From: a virus
Virus record (IMG/VR): IMGVR_UViG_3300050821_017626
Span: 1 to 64,000 of that record
Strand: one strand, 5' to 3'
DNA length: 64,000 nt
Below the pieces are notes generated by a model, which saw nothing but the letters and a program-made list of their open reading frames with translations, was not told the DNA's origin and did no database searches. The translations under genes were made by a program, and so were the position numbers. Shown here piece by piece: positions 41,104 to 52,881 of the stretch (its first letter is position 1; every line of letters starts with the position of its first letter).

Positions 41104-41445
41104 TCAAGCATCCTTGCCCTTCTCCAGAATCTGCCTCACTCGCTCGTGTGAGATACCCAGGCGCGCTCCGATGGCTCGCAGCGTCAGTCCCTCCTCTTTG
41201 GCGGCACGTATCTGTTCATTCCTATCCGGCCCGCGATCAAGTTTTCCGGTGAACGCCTCTTGCCAATCAGACTCTGTGCCCGTCCAGCAGCGTGTCTGGG
41301 CGGGCAGTTGCTCCAATCCAAAATGCTCCCGCATCGCCTGCTCGAATTGGCGGCGTGTCACCGGTTGATAGAACCGAAACGGCCCAGCGTTCCGCGCGGC
41401 ACCAGGAAACCGGAGAAACCAAATATTACTCATCTCATTTTTCAT
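41104..41445 (-). CDS. Protein with a sigma region-4-like HTH
   Basis: GLTLRAIGARLGISHERVRQIL. Confidence 0.65.
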   Translation of the reverse strand: MKNEMSNIWFLRFPGAARNAGPFRFYQPVTRRQFEQAMREHFGLEQLPAQTRCWTGTESDWQEAFTGKLDRGPDRNEQIRAAKEEGLTLRAIGARLGISHERVRQILEKGKDA

Positions 41446-42622
41446 TTCTGTCTCCTCTTGATCTCTTCCGCTAACCTGCCAACCAGCGACACCTGTTCTT
41501 CATAGAGCCGGTCCATCTCCTCCTCATTCTTGCCTTCGTAGTTCACCAGCTCGCTCAACAACCACACTGCTTCGTCGAACGTCTTCTTGAGGGTGGCCTC
41601 ATCGCATTTGCGTATCCAGTTGTCTTCCATCTGCGTGACCAGCCGATCAATCATGGCTCTCTCCCTCTTCTGAGTATACCGTTGGACAGCCTTCCGGTCA
41701 AGCCCTGTATCGCGACAACTATCGCGACAAACTGTCGCGATTCCCTAGCCTTTTGGCCTCGTTCTTGCTATACTGAGGGTGGAGGGACCCATGCCAAACA
41801 AAGAACCCCGCCGCGTCTTGGATCTCCCACTCTGGGATGGCCCGCCAGACACGCTGCCTTGCGGCTGCAGTTGCGAACTGACCTTGGGTGACAAGCACGG
41901 GCCTGTGTTTTGGAATCATTGGAATAAGGTTTGCCAATGCCACAAGTGTGGTCAGGTATATACTCCCTTCGCACCGCAAAAGGTCGAAGCCGATGAAGAC
42001 TAACTATCGGGGCTTCACCATAAACGTCGAGCGCGAAAAATGTCTGGCTGGGCATTCAATGCTCTATTGGACGGTCATCCGAGAGGCGGATGGGTGGTTC
42101 TTCGAAGACAACTTTGCCGACACTGAAGATACCGCCCAAACGATTACTCAAGCAATGAAGCATCGCATCGATGACTACTTCCTCCATCCAGAGGATTACG
42201 AGGACTGCCCTGTCTGCGATCAGCCGCACCCATGTGAGTGTGGTATCAACGACGAAGATGATGAGAATGAATGAAACCCGACGGCTGGAGTAAAAACAGT
42301 TGATCTACATATTCTTCGGGGGCGAATATGAGCAACGCTGGCCCGTAGCCGTGTTCGAAGCGCCGGAAGGCGTTCACGTCGACTACGCAGCCTTCCTTCA
42401 TGCACTTGGCGTTCCTCCCTTCCCCATCTGGAAGGGGGACGTGAAGCAATGGGACCTCGAACGAACACGATGGAATTTGGACCGAGATAGGGTTTTCGCT
42501 CTCAAAGGAATTACCGATGCAGAAAGCGCCCATCGCCAGTGGTTGGAGAACCACCCGCAGGTGAAGTCCCTGCCTTTTGAGTCCTGGGACTAATGTGATA
42601 GAATATATTTGGAGGAAACACA

Positions 42623-42802
42623 ATGAAATTTGCCGATGATTTTCTTACATCGAAAACAACCATTACTGCTTTCGTAACCATCATCACCTCGATCTTTGCG
42701 GCTTACCACCATCAGATAACCTGGCACGAAGCGCTGCTCACCGTTGCTGCAGCCGCCCAGACCGCCTTCCTTCGGGATGCTTTCGTAAAATCCGCGAAGT
42801 GA
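42623..42802 (+). CDS. Holin-like two-helix membrane protein (59 aa)
   Basis: MKFADDFLTSKTTITAFVTIITSIFAA...LLTVAAAAQTAFLRDAFVKSAK; GGAGG RBS; below the track cutoff. Confidence 0.45.
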   Translation: MKFADDFLTSKTTITAFVTIITSIFAAYHHQITWHEALLTVAAAAQTAFLRDAFVKSAK

Positions 42803-43617
42803 GGCGCTCGTTCCGCGCCAGGAATGACCGGCGCAAAGAACTCATCGCCCAGTTCCTTGCAGATGGCCTCACCTTGGCCGAAGAGGAAGAGTTGTTCCAA
42901 CTGCAGGAGTGGCTCTACACCTGGATCGACCCTCGGTATCCGCTCCCCAAGAAGGTTTACAACGTGATGGCGGAGCGGTATCGGGACCTTGCTCGGGGGT
43001 GAAAGGATCGCCCAGGTATCTCCCCAGGGGAGGCAAATCTTCCTGAGCTAGATACCTGGTGACCCGGCTTCGATGCCGGCACCTCCATCTCCATTCCCAA
43101 GAGAGGAAGTGATGGACAGCCAACCAATCTTCCAACGCCTCAACATCCTTCTCTCCGAAGCCTCGGATCAGATCGACGCCATCCTCGGTGGTCAGGACGA
43201 CCCGAAGCGGGCGCTGCAATTGGCCGAGGAGATTGAGGTTCAAGTGACAGTCTTTCTCGCCCTCACCCGGAGTCGGACGGCTGCACTGAGACGAGAAAGC
43301 AGCGCTGGTTCTTAGCCAGCGCTGCTTTCTCAATCTGATCGGAAGGCGTTCAAAGTCAACACTCCATCTTCCGTCAGGATCTCGCACCTCGGGATCATTT
43401 CTCCTTTCACCAGCGCCAAGACTCGTACGGGCCTCCCCGTCTCCTTGTGGATGCGCATGGCTCGCTCGATGCCGGATGCCCACCCCTCACGCGCCGTGAT
43501 CCGGTTCCAAGTAACCGAACGCTCCCCTATCAACTCGATCTGACCGATTACGTTCGTGTCATGGTCGATTCCCCCCGCTCGAAGTTGTTGACTCTTGATA
43601 GACTTGGGGTATAATAA

Positions 43618-43703
43618 GGACGCCCCCCGAGGCGACGCGCCGGGGAGAAGGCCCTTGGAAGCGGTTCTCTAAGGCGGTCGGTCTTCCTCGGGGGCGTCCC
43701 TTT
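43618..43703. ncRNA. Rod-shaped ~85-nt hairpin, possible small RNA
   Basis: GGACGCCCCCCGAGG/CCTCGGGGGCGTCC closing stem with inner helices; adjacent to TTGACT-N16-TATAAT. Confidence 0.4.
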
Positions 43704-44022
43704 GCACTCTACCGCGATGCTTCCAAAGAGTCAAGAAAGAAGCCGGCCTCCTGACGTATCGGAGGCCGGCCATACGAGCGAGCGCACAAAAAATTCTTCT
43801 TGACAACTTTGAAGCAATCGGAGTAGACTGAGCCTCAGGCCAACCCAGGCCACATTGACCTTTGAGGCTCGATGCCCTACACCATCACCGTGCGGCTTTG
43901 CACGCCGCGCCGACGGAGCATTTATATTTGGCTGCACCGGGGTCCATTGCCCGTCCCTTTACTAACGGTTTCTTCTCGCCTTGCCTATCAGCGCCGGCAA
44001 GAAGCGCTGCGCCGGATATGCC

Positions 44023-44469
44023 TCAGCGGCCGGTGCTACCAAACCCCTGGGCTCCACGCTTTGAGAATGGTAGTTCGTCTACCTCTCGAAACGAGATCGT
44101 CGGGTAGGAAAGAATGAGGAGTTGGCCGATCCGATCCCCTCTCTCTACCGAGAAAGGCTTCTCACCCCGGTTTTCCAAGAGGGCAAAACACTCCCCCCGG
44201 TAGTCCGAATCGACGAGCCCCGGAGAGTTGACAATGCTAACTTGACAACTTGCAGCAAGCCCCGAACGGGCGCAGAAAAGGCCAACGTTACCATCTGGAA
44301 CGGCAATGCAAAATCCCGTAGGAATCTTTGTCGATTCTCCAGGAGCCAACCACCAGACAGCGCTTTCAGGAATAGCTGCCCGCATATCCAGCCCCGCTGC
44401 GCCATCGGTGGCATAGGATGGAAGAGGAAGTCCAACTGCGTGCGGTAGGCGTTTGATGAGCAGTTCCAT
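44023..44469 (-). CDS. dut: Trimeric dUTPase
   Basis: AAGLD, RSGLA, GLVDSDYRGE, RIGQL and RGAQGFGSTG. Confidence 0.95.
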   Translation of the reverse strand: MELLIKRLPHAVGLPLPSYATDGAAGLDMRAAIPESAVWWLAPGESTKIPTGFCIAVPDGNVGLFCARSGLAASCQVSIVNSPGLVDSDYRGECFALLENRGEKPFSVERGDRIGQLLILSYPTISFREVDELPFSKRGAQGFGSTGR

Positions 44470-45104
44470 CAGTACCCCACAGCCGAATTGACAGAATTGA
44501 CGTACTCGGGATCGCTCGTAAGAACCACGAACGCCCCCGCCTCGTCATTATCGAGTACCACATCAGCCAGAATAGTCTCATCTTCATTGAGCAGGTCGAG
44601 ATAGACGTGAAGATCATCCTCCAGCAGTGCCAGACTGGCCTTCAAGTCACCAACAGTCAAATATTTCATCAGCCTCTGTCCCTTCGAATCAAGCAGTTGT
44701 TGCAAACAACATACAATTCCAGATCGTTCAATCGCTGCCATCCCGTAAAATATTGTTCACCACAGCGCAAACAAAGGATCAGGTTGGTTTCAGCTCTGGG
44801 GCTGGAGAACTTCTTCCAGAAGGTGCCACAGCGATCTTCCACAAGGTCCGAACAACTCATAATGTCGTCGCCAGGGGCCAAGAGCAGGTAGCCGTTCACT
44901 CCTTCACCTCAAACTCCGACACGACATTCTCGGTTCGATCATAAACCCGAGCGAATCGATACATACCTTCGCAGAGAATATTATTCGCCACACGCTCGGC
45001 GTCTTCTGCAGAGGCGAAGAGAAAAGGAGAGTGGGTAGTCTTGGTTCCGGGTGCAGGAAACGGGTTCCAGGTCTCTCCGTCCATCGAAAGCCAGATTGTG
45101 TAAT

Positions 45105-45623
45105 TCAAGGATTCACCCCCAGAGCGGCACGCAACTTCCGCGTTGCCTTGTAGACCACGTTGTAAACCCGCTTGCGCGTCACTCCTTCTGCAGTCGCCAC
45201 CTCTTCTCCCGACATTCCTTCCAGGTAGATGAGTCGCATCATTTTCTGCTCGAACGGGTTGAGGGCCGACTGCAGGACCTGGTTCCAGCCTATTCGATCA
45301 ACCAGTTCGCTGGAGAAGTCAGCCATCCGAGGCTCACCAACCTCCCCACAGAGGGATTCGATCTGAACAACCTCAGCGCTGCGCTTCTGGCGCGATTTGT
45401 GGCGCCAGAAGTTTTTGATGGATGAGCCCGCACCTACATAAGCCACCGACTTCAACTGCTTGCCGGACTGTTTCTCTTCCGCGACTGACTGGAAAGCGCC
45501 GAGCAGCGCCTCTCCGATGAGGTCGTCGTAATCCGGGTGGTCGCCCCACCCTTTCAGGTGTGAAAGGGCGAGGCGCACGTATTCTTCCTGTTCCGGGGTA
45601 AGACCTACGGCACGGTAGCCCAT
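45105..45623 (-). CDS. ECF-like sigma factor
   Basis: DDLIGEALL (region 2) and LNPFEQK..YLEGMSGEEVA...KLR (region 4). Confidence 0.6.
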   Translation of the reverse strand: MGYRAVGLTPEQEEYVRLALSHLKGWGDHPDYDDLIGEALLGAFQSVAEEKQSGKQLKSVAYVGAGSSIKNFWRHKSRQKRSAEVVQIESLCGEVGEPRMADFSSELVDRIGWNQVLQSALNPFEQKMMRLIYLEGMSGEEVATAEGVTRKRVYNVVYKATRKLRAALGVNP

Positions 45624-46174
45624 CAGGACTTAGGAACAATGGAGAGGCCACCGTTGTTCGTCCAGGCCAGGAGCAGCCCCTTCGCAGAGACCACCTGCAC
45701 GGCGGGAATGTGGGGCTGCGCCGCTACATGGGGAAGCACGATGGTTAGCCCTGTATCCGACCAGCGGGTCACGGGCACGCCAATCGTGGTGTCATCGATC
45801 ACTGACCCCATCGCGTCCCCAAAGCCAGTCCCTACCATCACGACCGTATCTCCCTCGCTGGCGCGAGTGATCCAGTTGTGATTCAGATCCTGATAGCCTT
45901 GGATGATCCCGGCGACCGGAGCAGTTCCCGTGATTACTGGGACAGAGGGAGCAGGGGGAATTCCACTCCCGGTCACGACAACAGGAGTGAATGTCAAGGT
46001 TCCGGTCACGGTGTAGGCCACGCCTCCCACAGTGACGCTCTGGCTCACCTGAACCTGAATGGGGCTCGGAGGCGGAGGAGTAACCTGAATCGTCAGGGGG
46101 ACCGGAATCGGGGCCGCAAAGACCAGGGCACAACTCACGAGAGACAGGAAAAAGCAGTTCAAAATGTGTTTCAC
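45623..46174 (-). CDS. Secreted protein with an IPT/TIG-like Ig domain
   Basis: GTG start, signal peptide, GDTVVMVGTGFG and VTRWSDTGLTIVLP. Confidence 0.55.
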   Translation of the reverse strand: MKHILNCFFLSLVSCALVFAAPIPVPLTIQVTPPPPSPIQVQVSQSVTVGGVAYTVTGTLTFTPVVVTGSGIPPAPSVPVITGTAPVAGIIQGYQDLNHNWITRASEGDTVVMVGTGFGDAMGSVIDDTTIGVPVTRWSDTGLTIVLPHVAAQPHIPAVQVVSAKGLLLAWTNNGGLSIVPKS

Positions 46175-46659
46175 GGTATCGTTCCTTTGTTGTAAACGTC
46201 TTGTGATAGTCGTTCGAAATAGAGAGGATGAGCCAGTCGTAGGTAGGTTCTCCCTACTCGATAGTGGATGGCAAACAGGAAATTGTAGACGGGAGTTGGC
46301 CAGCAATCCAGGTCGAGAATCCAGTTGATGAAACCAACTGCAGAACTGGTAAGGGTGATAGCAGCGTGTTTCATTACTCCCATTTCTGAAATACATCGCG
46401 GCCACGCACACTATTCTGCAGTTGTTCCCGCGCTGCGGCCTCGCGCTCGCGGCGGCGGTTTTCGGGCCAAGTCACAACGGCCCAGTAGACAACGAACAAA
46501 ACAAGAACTGAAATCAGAAATAGGGCGAATTCCGTAGTTTGTATCACCAGGTGGTCAAGTCGGGTCTGTGCCAGGTAAGGGGTTGAAAACGCTTGTTGGA
46601 TACGGGTCAGCATGGTTCTCCTCAAAGGAAAGAGCGCCACTCTGGCGCCCTCAGTAGTC

Positions 46660-46689
46660 AGTATACGCCCTTGTCCTGCGCTTTGTTAA
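46660..46689 (-). promoter_or_regulatory. TTAACA-N17-GTATACT promoter (copy 5)
   Basis: Exact motif, intergenic. Confidence 0.75.
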
Positions 46690-47307
46690 CCCCTTATTCA
46701 CCCTTGACATAGGTAATTGTCTTCCGGGATTGCCTCCACGTCCTGCTGCTCCATCAATCGCGTCCGCTTGCTGATCTCATAGCGATTGCCCTGCGCGGCC
46801 CACTGCGCCGTACGGGCCTGAACAAGGGAACTGTCGAGGGTTATGAAGCCTCCGACCTTCCTGTCTCCCTTGAAAAACTCCACCACATATTCTTCTTGCA
46901 TCATGCTTCCTTCTTCAAAATGATCCGTCGCTTGTTGGATTGAACAACTTCCCAACAGTCGGCTCCCAGGACGTTGAGGGCGGTACATAGGTCATCAATA
47001 CCACAGACACTCACCCCAGTCTCGTCATACCAGCCGACCTCATCCTCGCGGCAGAGGACCTTGTAGCACCAGCGCGGCATCTAGGGCCTCCCTTGCAGCC
47101 GGCGTCCTTGCCGACGAGGAACTGACGGAATCTGTCTACTGCAGGAACCGGGTGTTGCTGCACGTCGCACTAACCCAGGTTTGCTCACCAAGATAGGGGC
47201 TCGATGTTCCATTGTGTCTTCGCCCAAGGCGCGCTCGTTCCAAGCTTTGCAGATTGCCCGTGAGTAGGCTAAGAAAATCTCATTTATCTCGTGTTGTATT
47301 GGATTGA

Positions 47308-50300
47308 TCATGGCCGACCCTTCATCGCCGCGTCCCGGTAGGTATCGGCTGCCTTGCGACCTCGCTTTTTGGCCCTGATCGAGCCCGATCCAGGCGGCAT
47401 CGCGCCATCACTCCCCGGAGCTGCGCCGGTCTTTGCCGACAACTCCGTTCCTGGCTGCCAGGAGCCAGCAGGCCCATCTTGGTCCAAGACGTTAACACAT
47501 TCGGTGAGACCGGACCAGTCTACCGCGAAATCAAACTCTTCCATGTTATCCCTCCGCCGGAAGCCGCTTTTGACGGATCACCTTGAAACCGTGACCCTGT
47601 TCGCGGAACCAGAAGATATCGTTCACCGCGTTGTGTATCTCGTAGATAAGCACCCCGCGTTCTACAGGCGTGAGGGCCATGGCGCGATCACATGCCATCC
47701 AGGAATCGAGGTAGCGATTGAGCACCCCGTCCAACGCCTGGCCGCTGTCCCACAAATCCCGGAACAGGGGGTCCTCCGCCCGCATCTCCTCCAGGTGTTC
47801 TTGAAAGGTCAAGTCGCTACGCCTCCTTCAGCCGGCTAGGCTTCTTCGCATCCTTGAGGGCCAGAGCCCCTTTCTTGCGCAATTTGGTGGCCGGCGGGTT
47901 GTATTGCTCTCCGCTGGTTCGAGTTACCATGCGCCCCATCGTGGGAGAGATTGGATTTCCGCCGCCTGGGATGGAATCAGGAAAGACGTTATCCTGGTAC
48001 AGGTCTTCGAAGGAGGGCCACTCGAACATCACTCTTCCTCCTGAAAATGGGTAGCATTCGGATGATGCTCGTGCTTATGTAGAGTCGGCATCGGCGGCAT
48101 CATCTTGGCTTTACGCTCCAAATGCTTGCGCATTGCCTTTCCACCGCGAACGTGGAAGTTTCCAGGGCTGCCGTAAGGGATGCCCGTGAGGCCATCGCGA
48201 TTGAAACCCTGGTCGCCCCCAGCTTCGGTGCGCTTTTTCCCGTTGGCCTGATAAAGGTCGGCTAGGTCGTCGGTGCCAATCTCAAAATCGGTTCCAAGTT
48301 CCAATTTGGACCTTCTTTCGCGGCAGTTTGGCCGTCTTCTTCGCATCCACCCGGAGATCAACTGCAGTTGGTGACAGGCGCGGGCGTCCTTTGGCCCAGG
48401 CAGGAAAGGCGAATCCGGCATCTGAGTAGTTGCGCAGCCGGTCTAATTGGTCGGTGTCCTGCTGCAGGCAAGGCATACCAAGTTCGAACTCTTCCATTAG
48501 TCTACCCTCTCGGCCACTTCTTCGACGTGAATGATGTCGTTTATCTTCAGGATGTGATCGGTTCCCGTGCGATCTCTAATTACTAACCATTGGCCGTAGC
48601 GACCTTGGATACTTCCTTGCAGTGGCTCGGAATTGGTCAGGGAGAGCCAGACGAGGGTAGAAGGAATTAACTTCATGAGTGGTTCTTGGCATCCCAAGCA
48701 GACATCATTCCGTCACCGATCTTAGATAGATTCTCTCGAACGAACTGCCGGAACTCATCGCGGCTTCCATCTCTGCCCAATAGGCCCTGCGCCAGTGCAA
48801 GAACATGAATGGCGATAGCGTCACGATTTTTCTGGTCTGCAGATTGCCACACAGCGAGTCCGTTACCGAGTGCCTCCAGGTCCGTTTGTGCCTTACTGCC
48901 CGTTAACTTCTCCGCTACCCGATTGGCCAATTCTTCTTGTGCTTTGTCAGTGAGAACTGCATAGACAGTTGATCCTATTGATGCGTTTATTCCACCCAAT
49001 CTGGGGGCTGGGAGCGTATTAACATCCTCGAAATAAACCGAGCCACCGGAGAATTCGAAATTGTTACCTGCCACAATTTATCCTTTCGATGCAGAATTCT
49101 GCGGTACCTGTAACTTACCCTTACGCTTCTTGCGGCCGTTGTAGGAAGGGATTGAACCACCTGCACCAGGAGCAATGCCAGTGCCTGCTGCAGAGACTGA
49201 GGTTACCCCGCTTGCGCCCGTAGGCCCCGCACCTGTTCCGGCACCATCCTGGGACAGATTGGGCATCACAAGTTCGAAATCATCGAGCGGCATTTTTCTT
49301 CCTCTTTTTCTTTACTTTGGACATCTTTGCTAGATCATCAGTGCTTAAGCCGTTGCTTGGTAGTTTTCCCCCATCAGCAAAAGCTCCCGCTCCCCCCAGC
49401 GGCGGAGGAAGGTTGTTGGCGTCGCTCTGGTAGAGGTTAGTGTAGTCAGGGTACTCCATCACTTGCTGCTCCCGCCCGGTGTGCCGAAAATCTTAGTGAA
49501 AATAAATAATAAGAAATAGACGATGTAGCCGCCGATGGTCGCCAGGATACGCATATCACTTCTAACCTTTCTGACCATTATTTTCTTCGCCGCCAAAGCA
49601 TGGATCTTGGCGATGGCAAGGAACTGCTGTTTGGTCGCCGCAACGGAGACACTCTAGGTACCACTCTGCGGGGTGGTGTTCCCACCACTGGCCCCACTTG
49701 AGTTGCCAATCACAGCCGACCCACCGGCAGAGAAAACGCCACATCAGATCGCCCTCTCCAATCGGATTTTCAGATCCGGTATTTCTCCGTCGATTGCTTT
49801 CTTCAGGTTCTCAAGGTAATCCAGCCGACATTGAACCGCCTGGGCTTCGGAGTGAAACGCGTTTATGCGTATCTTAACTCCGAACGGCCCTGTGTCATCA
49901 TAGACCATGAACCAGCCATTGCGACCGGGTACTGCATCTACCTCATAGATACGTGGCCCATCGACGAGCCATAGTCGTTCCTTGCTCACTTGCGTGTATT
50001 GAGCGGGTCAGAAAGGTCGACAGCGCGCATTCCGAACTTGGTTACCGCTGGCTTTTTGTCCTTATTCTTCGTTCCCTTCGCCACTGTTTTCAGGGGCTTA
50101 TCCTCTTTCGAAGGAGGGCCATCGTTGAAATCGTCGTCCTGCGCGGCGTAAATGTCCTTGATTCCAATTTCCATATCACTTATCCTCCCTTGAAGTGTTC
50201 GGCTGACCAGTCATCAAACTGCGGAGCGGCTTGGGCTCCATCGGATCGTTCTTCTTCTTTCGAGCCTTACCCCGGCCTTTGATAAAGCCCTCTACCTGCC

Positions 50301-50505
50301 CGTCCGCATTGCCACTGGGGCCTAGCGTCCCTAAGTATGGCAGGTTCGCATCCCCTTTCGGTTCTTGCTGATCCAGCCATGGTTTGTATTCTTCCAGGTC
50401 AATCATACCCACCAAGCGCTTTCTTCGGGGTCCCACATAGGACGCCCTTTTTCGCATGGCTCGTTCCAAAAGTCCCAATGGCTTTTTAGAAATCGGAATA
50501 GCCAT
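47308..50505 (-). CDS. Cluster with about 8 small proteins sharing an acidic leader ending L-x-Q (47308-47544, 47817-48032, 48029-48304, 48282-48497, 49078-49293, 49280-49462, 49986-50174, 50176-50505)
   Basis: LDQ, LYQ, LYQ, LQQ, LSQ, LYQ, (YAAQ) and LDQ, each followed by a Gly/Pro-rich then Lys/Arg-rich tail. Confidence 0.7.
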
Positions 50506-50769
50506 CTCATAGTTTATGTCCCTCGTTATATTGTACCCTTTTTCGGCAACGAGAGCAAAGCCAAGCGCCCTTCAAATCCATTCTAAAGACCATGTGAACT
50601 TTTTTCTTGCACTGGTCGCATTTTATGTCAGGTAAAGAACTTTCGGATCTTGTGACGCCACTTCCAGCCATTGTGCTCCCACTCATCGTACAGCCACACT
50701 ACAACGAACAAAAGCCCCACCACAAAGAGTATGGAGAGGCAGAGGCCAACTGCAAGTCCGAGGACGACC

Positions 50770-51168
50770 TCAAGGGTTTTCAGGAAGAGCATCGGGTTCT
50801 TCGACTGCAATGGGATAAGACTTGTCTTCGAACCAATCCGACGGATAGCGCTGGCGGAAATCACTCGCGTGGGAAAGCAAGTGCTGGGCCACGCCCTCGG
50901 CGATGGGAACTTCCAGGAGGTATTCTGGGGAGAGGGTCTTGTCGGGGAGGATCACCTGCAGGGAGACATGGGGCGTTCCGGTCTCGGGGCAGTAGCGCTG
51001 CCGCGTCAGGTAGGTAAAGGTCGGTCCCTGGTTGGGCAACTGCGCGGCGAGCGCAGCAGCCTCGGCCTGGCGCTTGCGCATTTCTAGCAGTTGGGTCAAC
51101 GTGGTTTCCTCTTCAGGGGTGATGCTCATGAAGAGATCACGAAGGGCGGTCATGCGGTCGGCATCCAT
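50770..51168 (-). CDS. Hypothetical protein (start probably 51168)
   Basis: AAGGAG RBS before MDADR; the longer track ORF runs into element B. Confidence 0.55.
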   Translation of the reverse strand: MDADRMTALRDLFMSITPEEETTLTQLLEMRKRQAEAAALAAQLPNQGPTFTYLTRQRYCPETGTPHVSLQVILPDKTLSPEYLLEVPIAEGVAQHLLSHASDFRQRYPSDWFEDKSYPIAVEEPDALPENP

Positions 51169-51260
51169 GAAAGCTTGGGCTCCTTTCGAAACGGAAAATA
51201 TACAGGGCATTATACCGTCCAAAGGCAAGGTTTGGCAACGTGTTTTTGCATATAGAATAC

Positions 51261-51780
51261 GCGCACGCACGCATGTCAGGTGAGGGAGAAAATACACCTA
51301 CACTCTCGTTGAAAAATAGAGGACCAGTTTTGGTAGCATAAGCCATCTACGCTGATTATCTTACCAACGTATAAGGATACGCCTCACGCCTGAAAAACTC
51401 ACTTTTAAAGGCGTCATTGTCGTAGTTGTAATAATATCGTCTGACATAACACTTTTACGATATGGGGTATGTTACAGTTGTAAGAGAGTAAAAACAGGTG
51501 ATTCGGGAAAACACGGTATTACTGAGTAAATACAACTATCGTTTTAGGCACGGATTATGCCTAAAACGTTAAGAGTAAATAACCACAAAACTGACATTTT
51601 CTGATTCCGCTTTGGGAGGACCTGTTTTCACGGATTTTCTCAATTTTGTGGTTAAAGGGAACTAACGGCCGTGCCTGAAGTGGGTTGTAACGATTGGGGA
51701 TAGACACAAAATTGAGGTGCATGTTGATTCCCACAGCATAGCGGGATGTTTTCTCTTCGCCTAGCATGCGCGCATACGCG
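51261..51780 (-). repeat. ~520-bp non-coding quasi-palindromic element, copy B (inverted relative to A)
   Basis: Shares 17-bp and 16-bp identical blocks with copy A at identical spacing, plus many shorter blocks in the same order. Confidence 0.85.
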
Positions 51781-52551
51781 CGAGGGTTGCCAACCGCTCT
51801 GCAGTTGGCTACAATGCGGATATGACCCACCAAGAATTGATCGACGAACTCATGGCGCTCCCCGACCGGATCTATGTCGAGGAGCAGCGACTGATTGGAA
51901 TGCAGCACCAGCAGGAGGAGCAACGGTTCCTAATTAAGAACCGGGAGGCGGATCTGTTGGGACAGGAATACGGCCCGATCACAGGCAAGAATGAAGCCGT
52001 GCGCTCGGCGCAGCTCCACCTGCACACAGCGCCGGAGCGGGTGCAACTGCTGGAGATGGAGAGTGTCAGCCGTCGGCAGTTGGCACTGGTGGAGAAGTTG
52101 CGCAATCTTTTGGTTGCTTGTGAGGCGGCGGCGAGGTTGATGGCGGGCTAATGGCAAGGCACGAGACTGAAATCGTTCGATCAGGGAGCTTGCAAGCTTG
52201 TATCGATTTGCAATTGGCTCCAATCATTCGATGGCTGTGGGGTCGGGGTATAAAAACCCTGCAATGTTGCCAGGGAGATGTTGGAAAGTCTGCCTATATT
52301 GTCTTCAAGACTTGCCGAGACCTGGAGATGTTCCTAGAAGCACTGCTTGGGGATAAAAGTGATCGCGATTTTACAGATAGGGTTCTTCCCAATGATTGGG
52401 TTGGCAACGAGAACCTGACCTTCAAAAGCGAAACTAAGAAATGGAGATACGATATGAAATGCAACTTCGGGGCTTGTGATATTAGATTTTGCGCTGGCGT
52501 TTATTTCCCACCAGAAGATATTCCTGAGGTGATGGAAAGGTTGATGGCTTA

Positions 52552-52881
52552 ATGGGGCACATCGCAGTTGATCTTGACGGAACCCTAGCTTACTACGAGT
52601 CAGGCTACGCTACCCAGGGCACCATTGGCCGTCCGATTCCGTCCATGTTGGCACGGGTGAAGAGGTGGCTTGCCGAAGGTCGGGAGGTGAAGATATTCAC
52701 GGCCCGTGTCTCACACGGAGACGAAAGCATTCGTCAAGAGATCGAGGATTGGTGCCAGCAGCATATCGGTCGGGTGATTCCGATTACTTGCTGCAAAGAT
52801 TATCAGACCATTGAAATTTGGGATGATCGCGCGGTACAGGTCGGGATGAATACAGGTGCAAGGGTGGACGGGAAGGAATGA
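52552..52881 (+). CDS. HAD-superfamily phosphatase (PNK phosphatase-like)
   Basis: IAVDLDGTLA, IFTAR and WDDRA. Confidence 0.75.
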   Translation: MGHIAVDLDGTLAYYESGYATQGTIGRPIPSMLARVKRWLAEGREVKIFTARVSHGDESIRQEIEDWCQQHIGRVIPITCCKDYQTIEIWDDRAVQVGMNTGARVDGKE

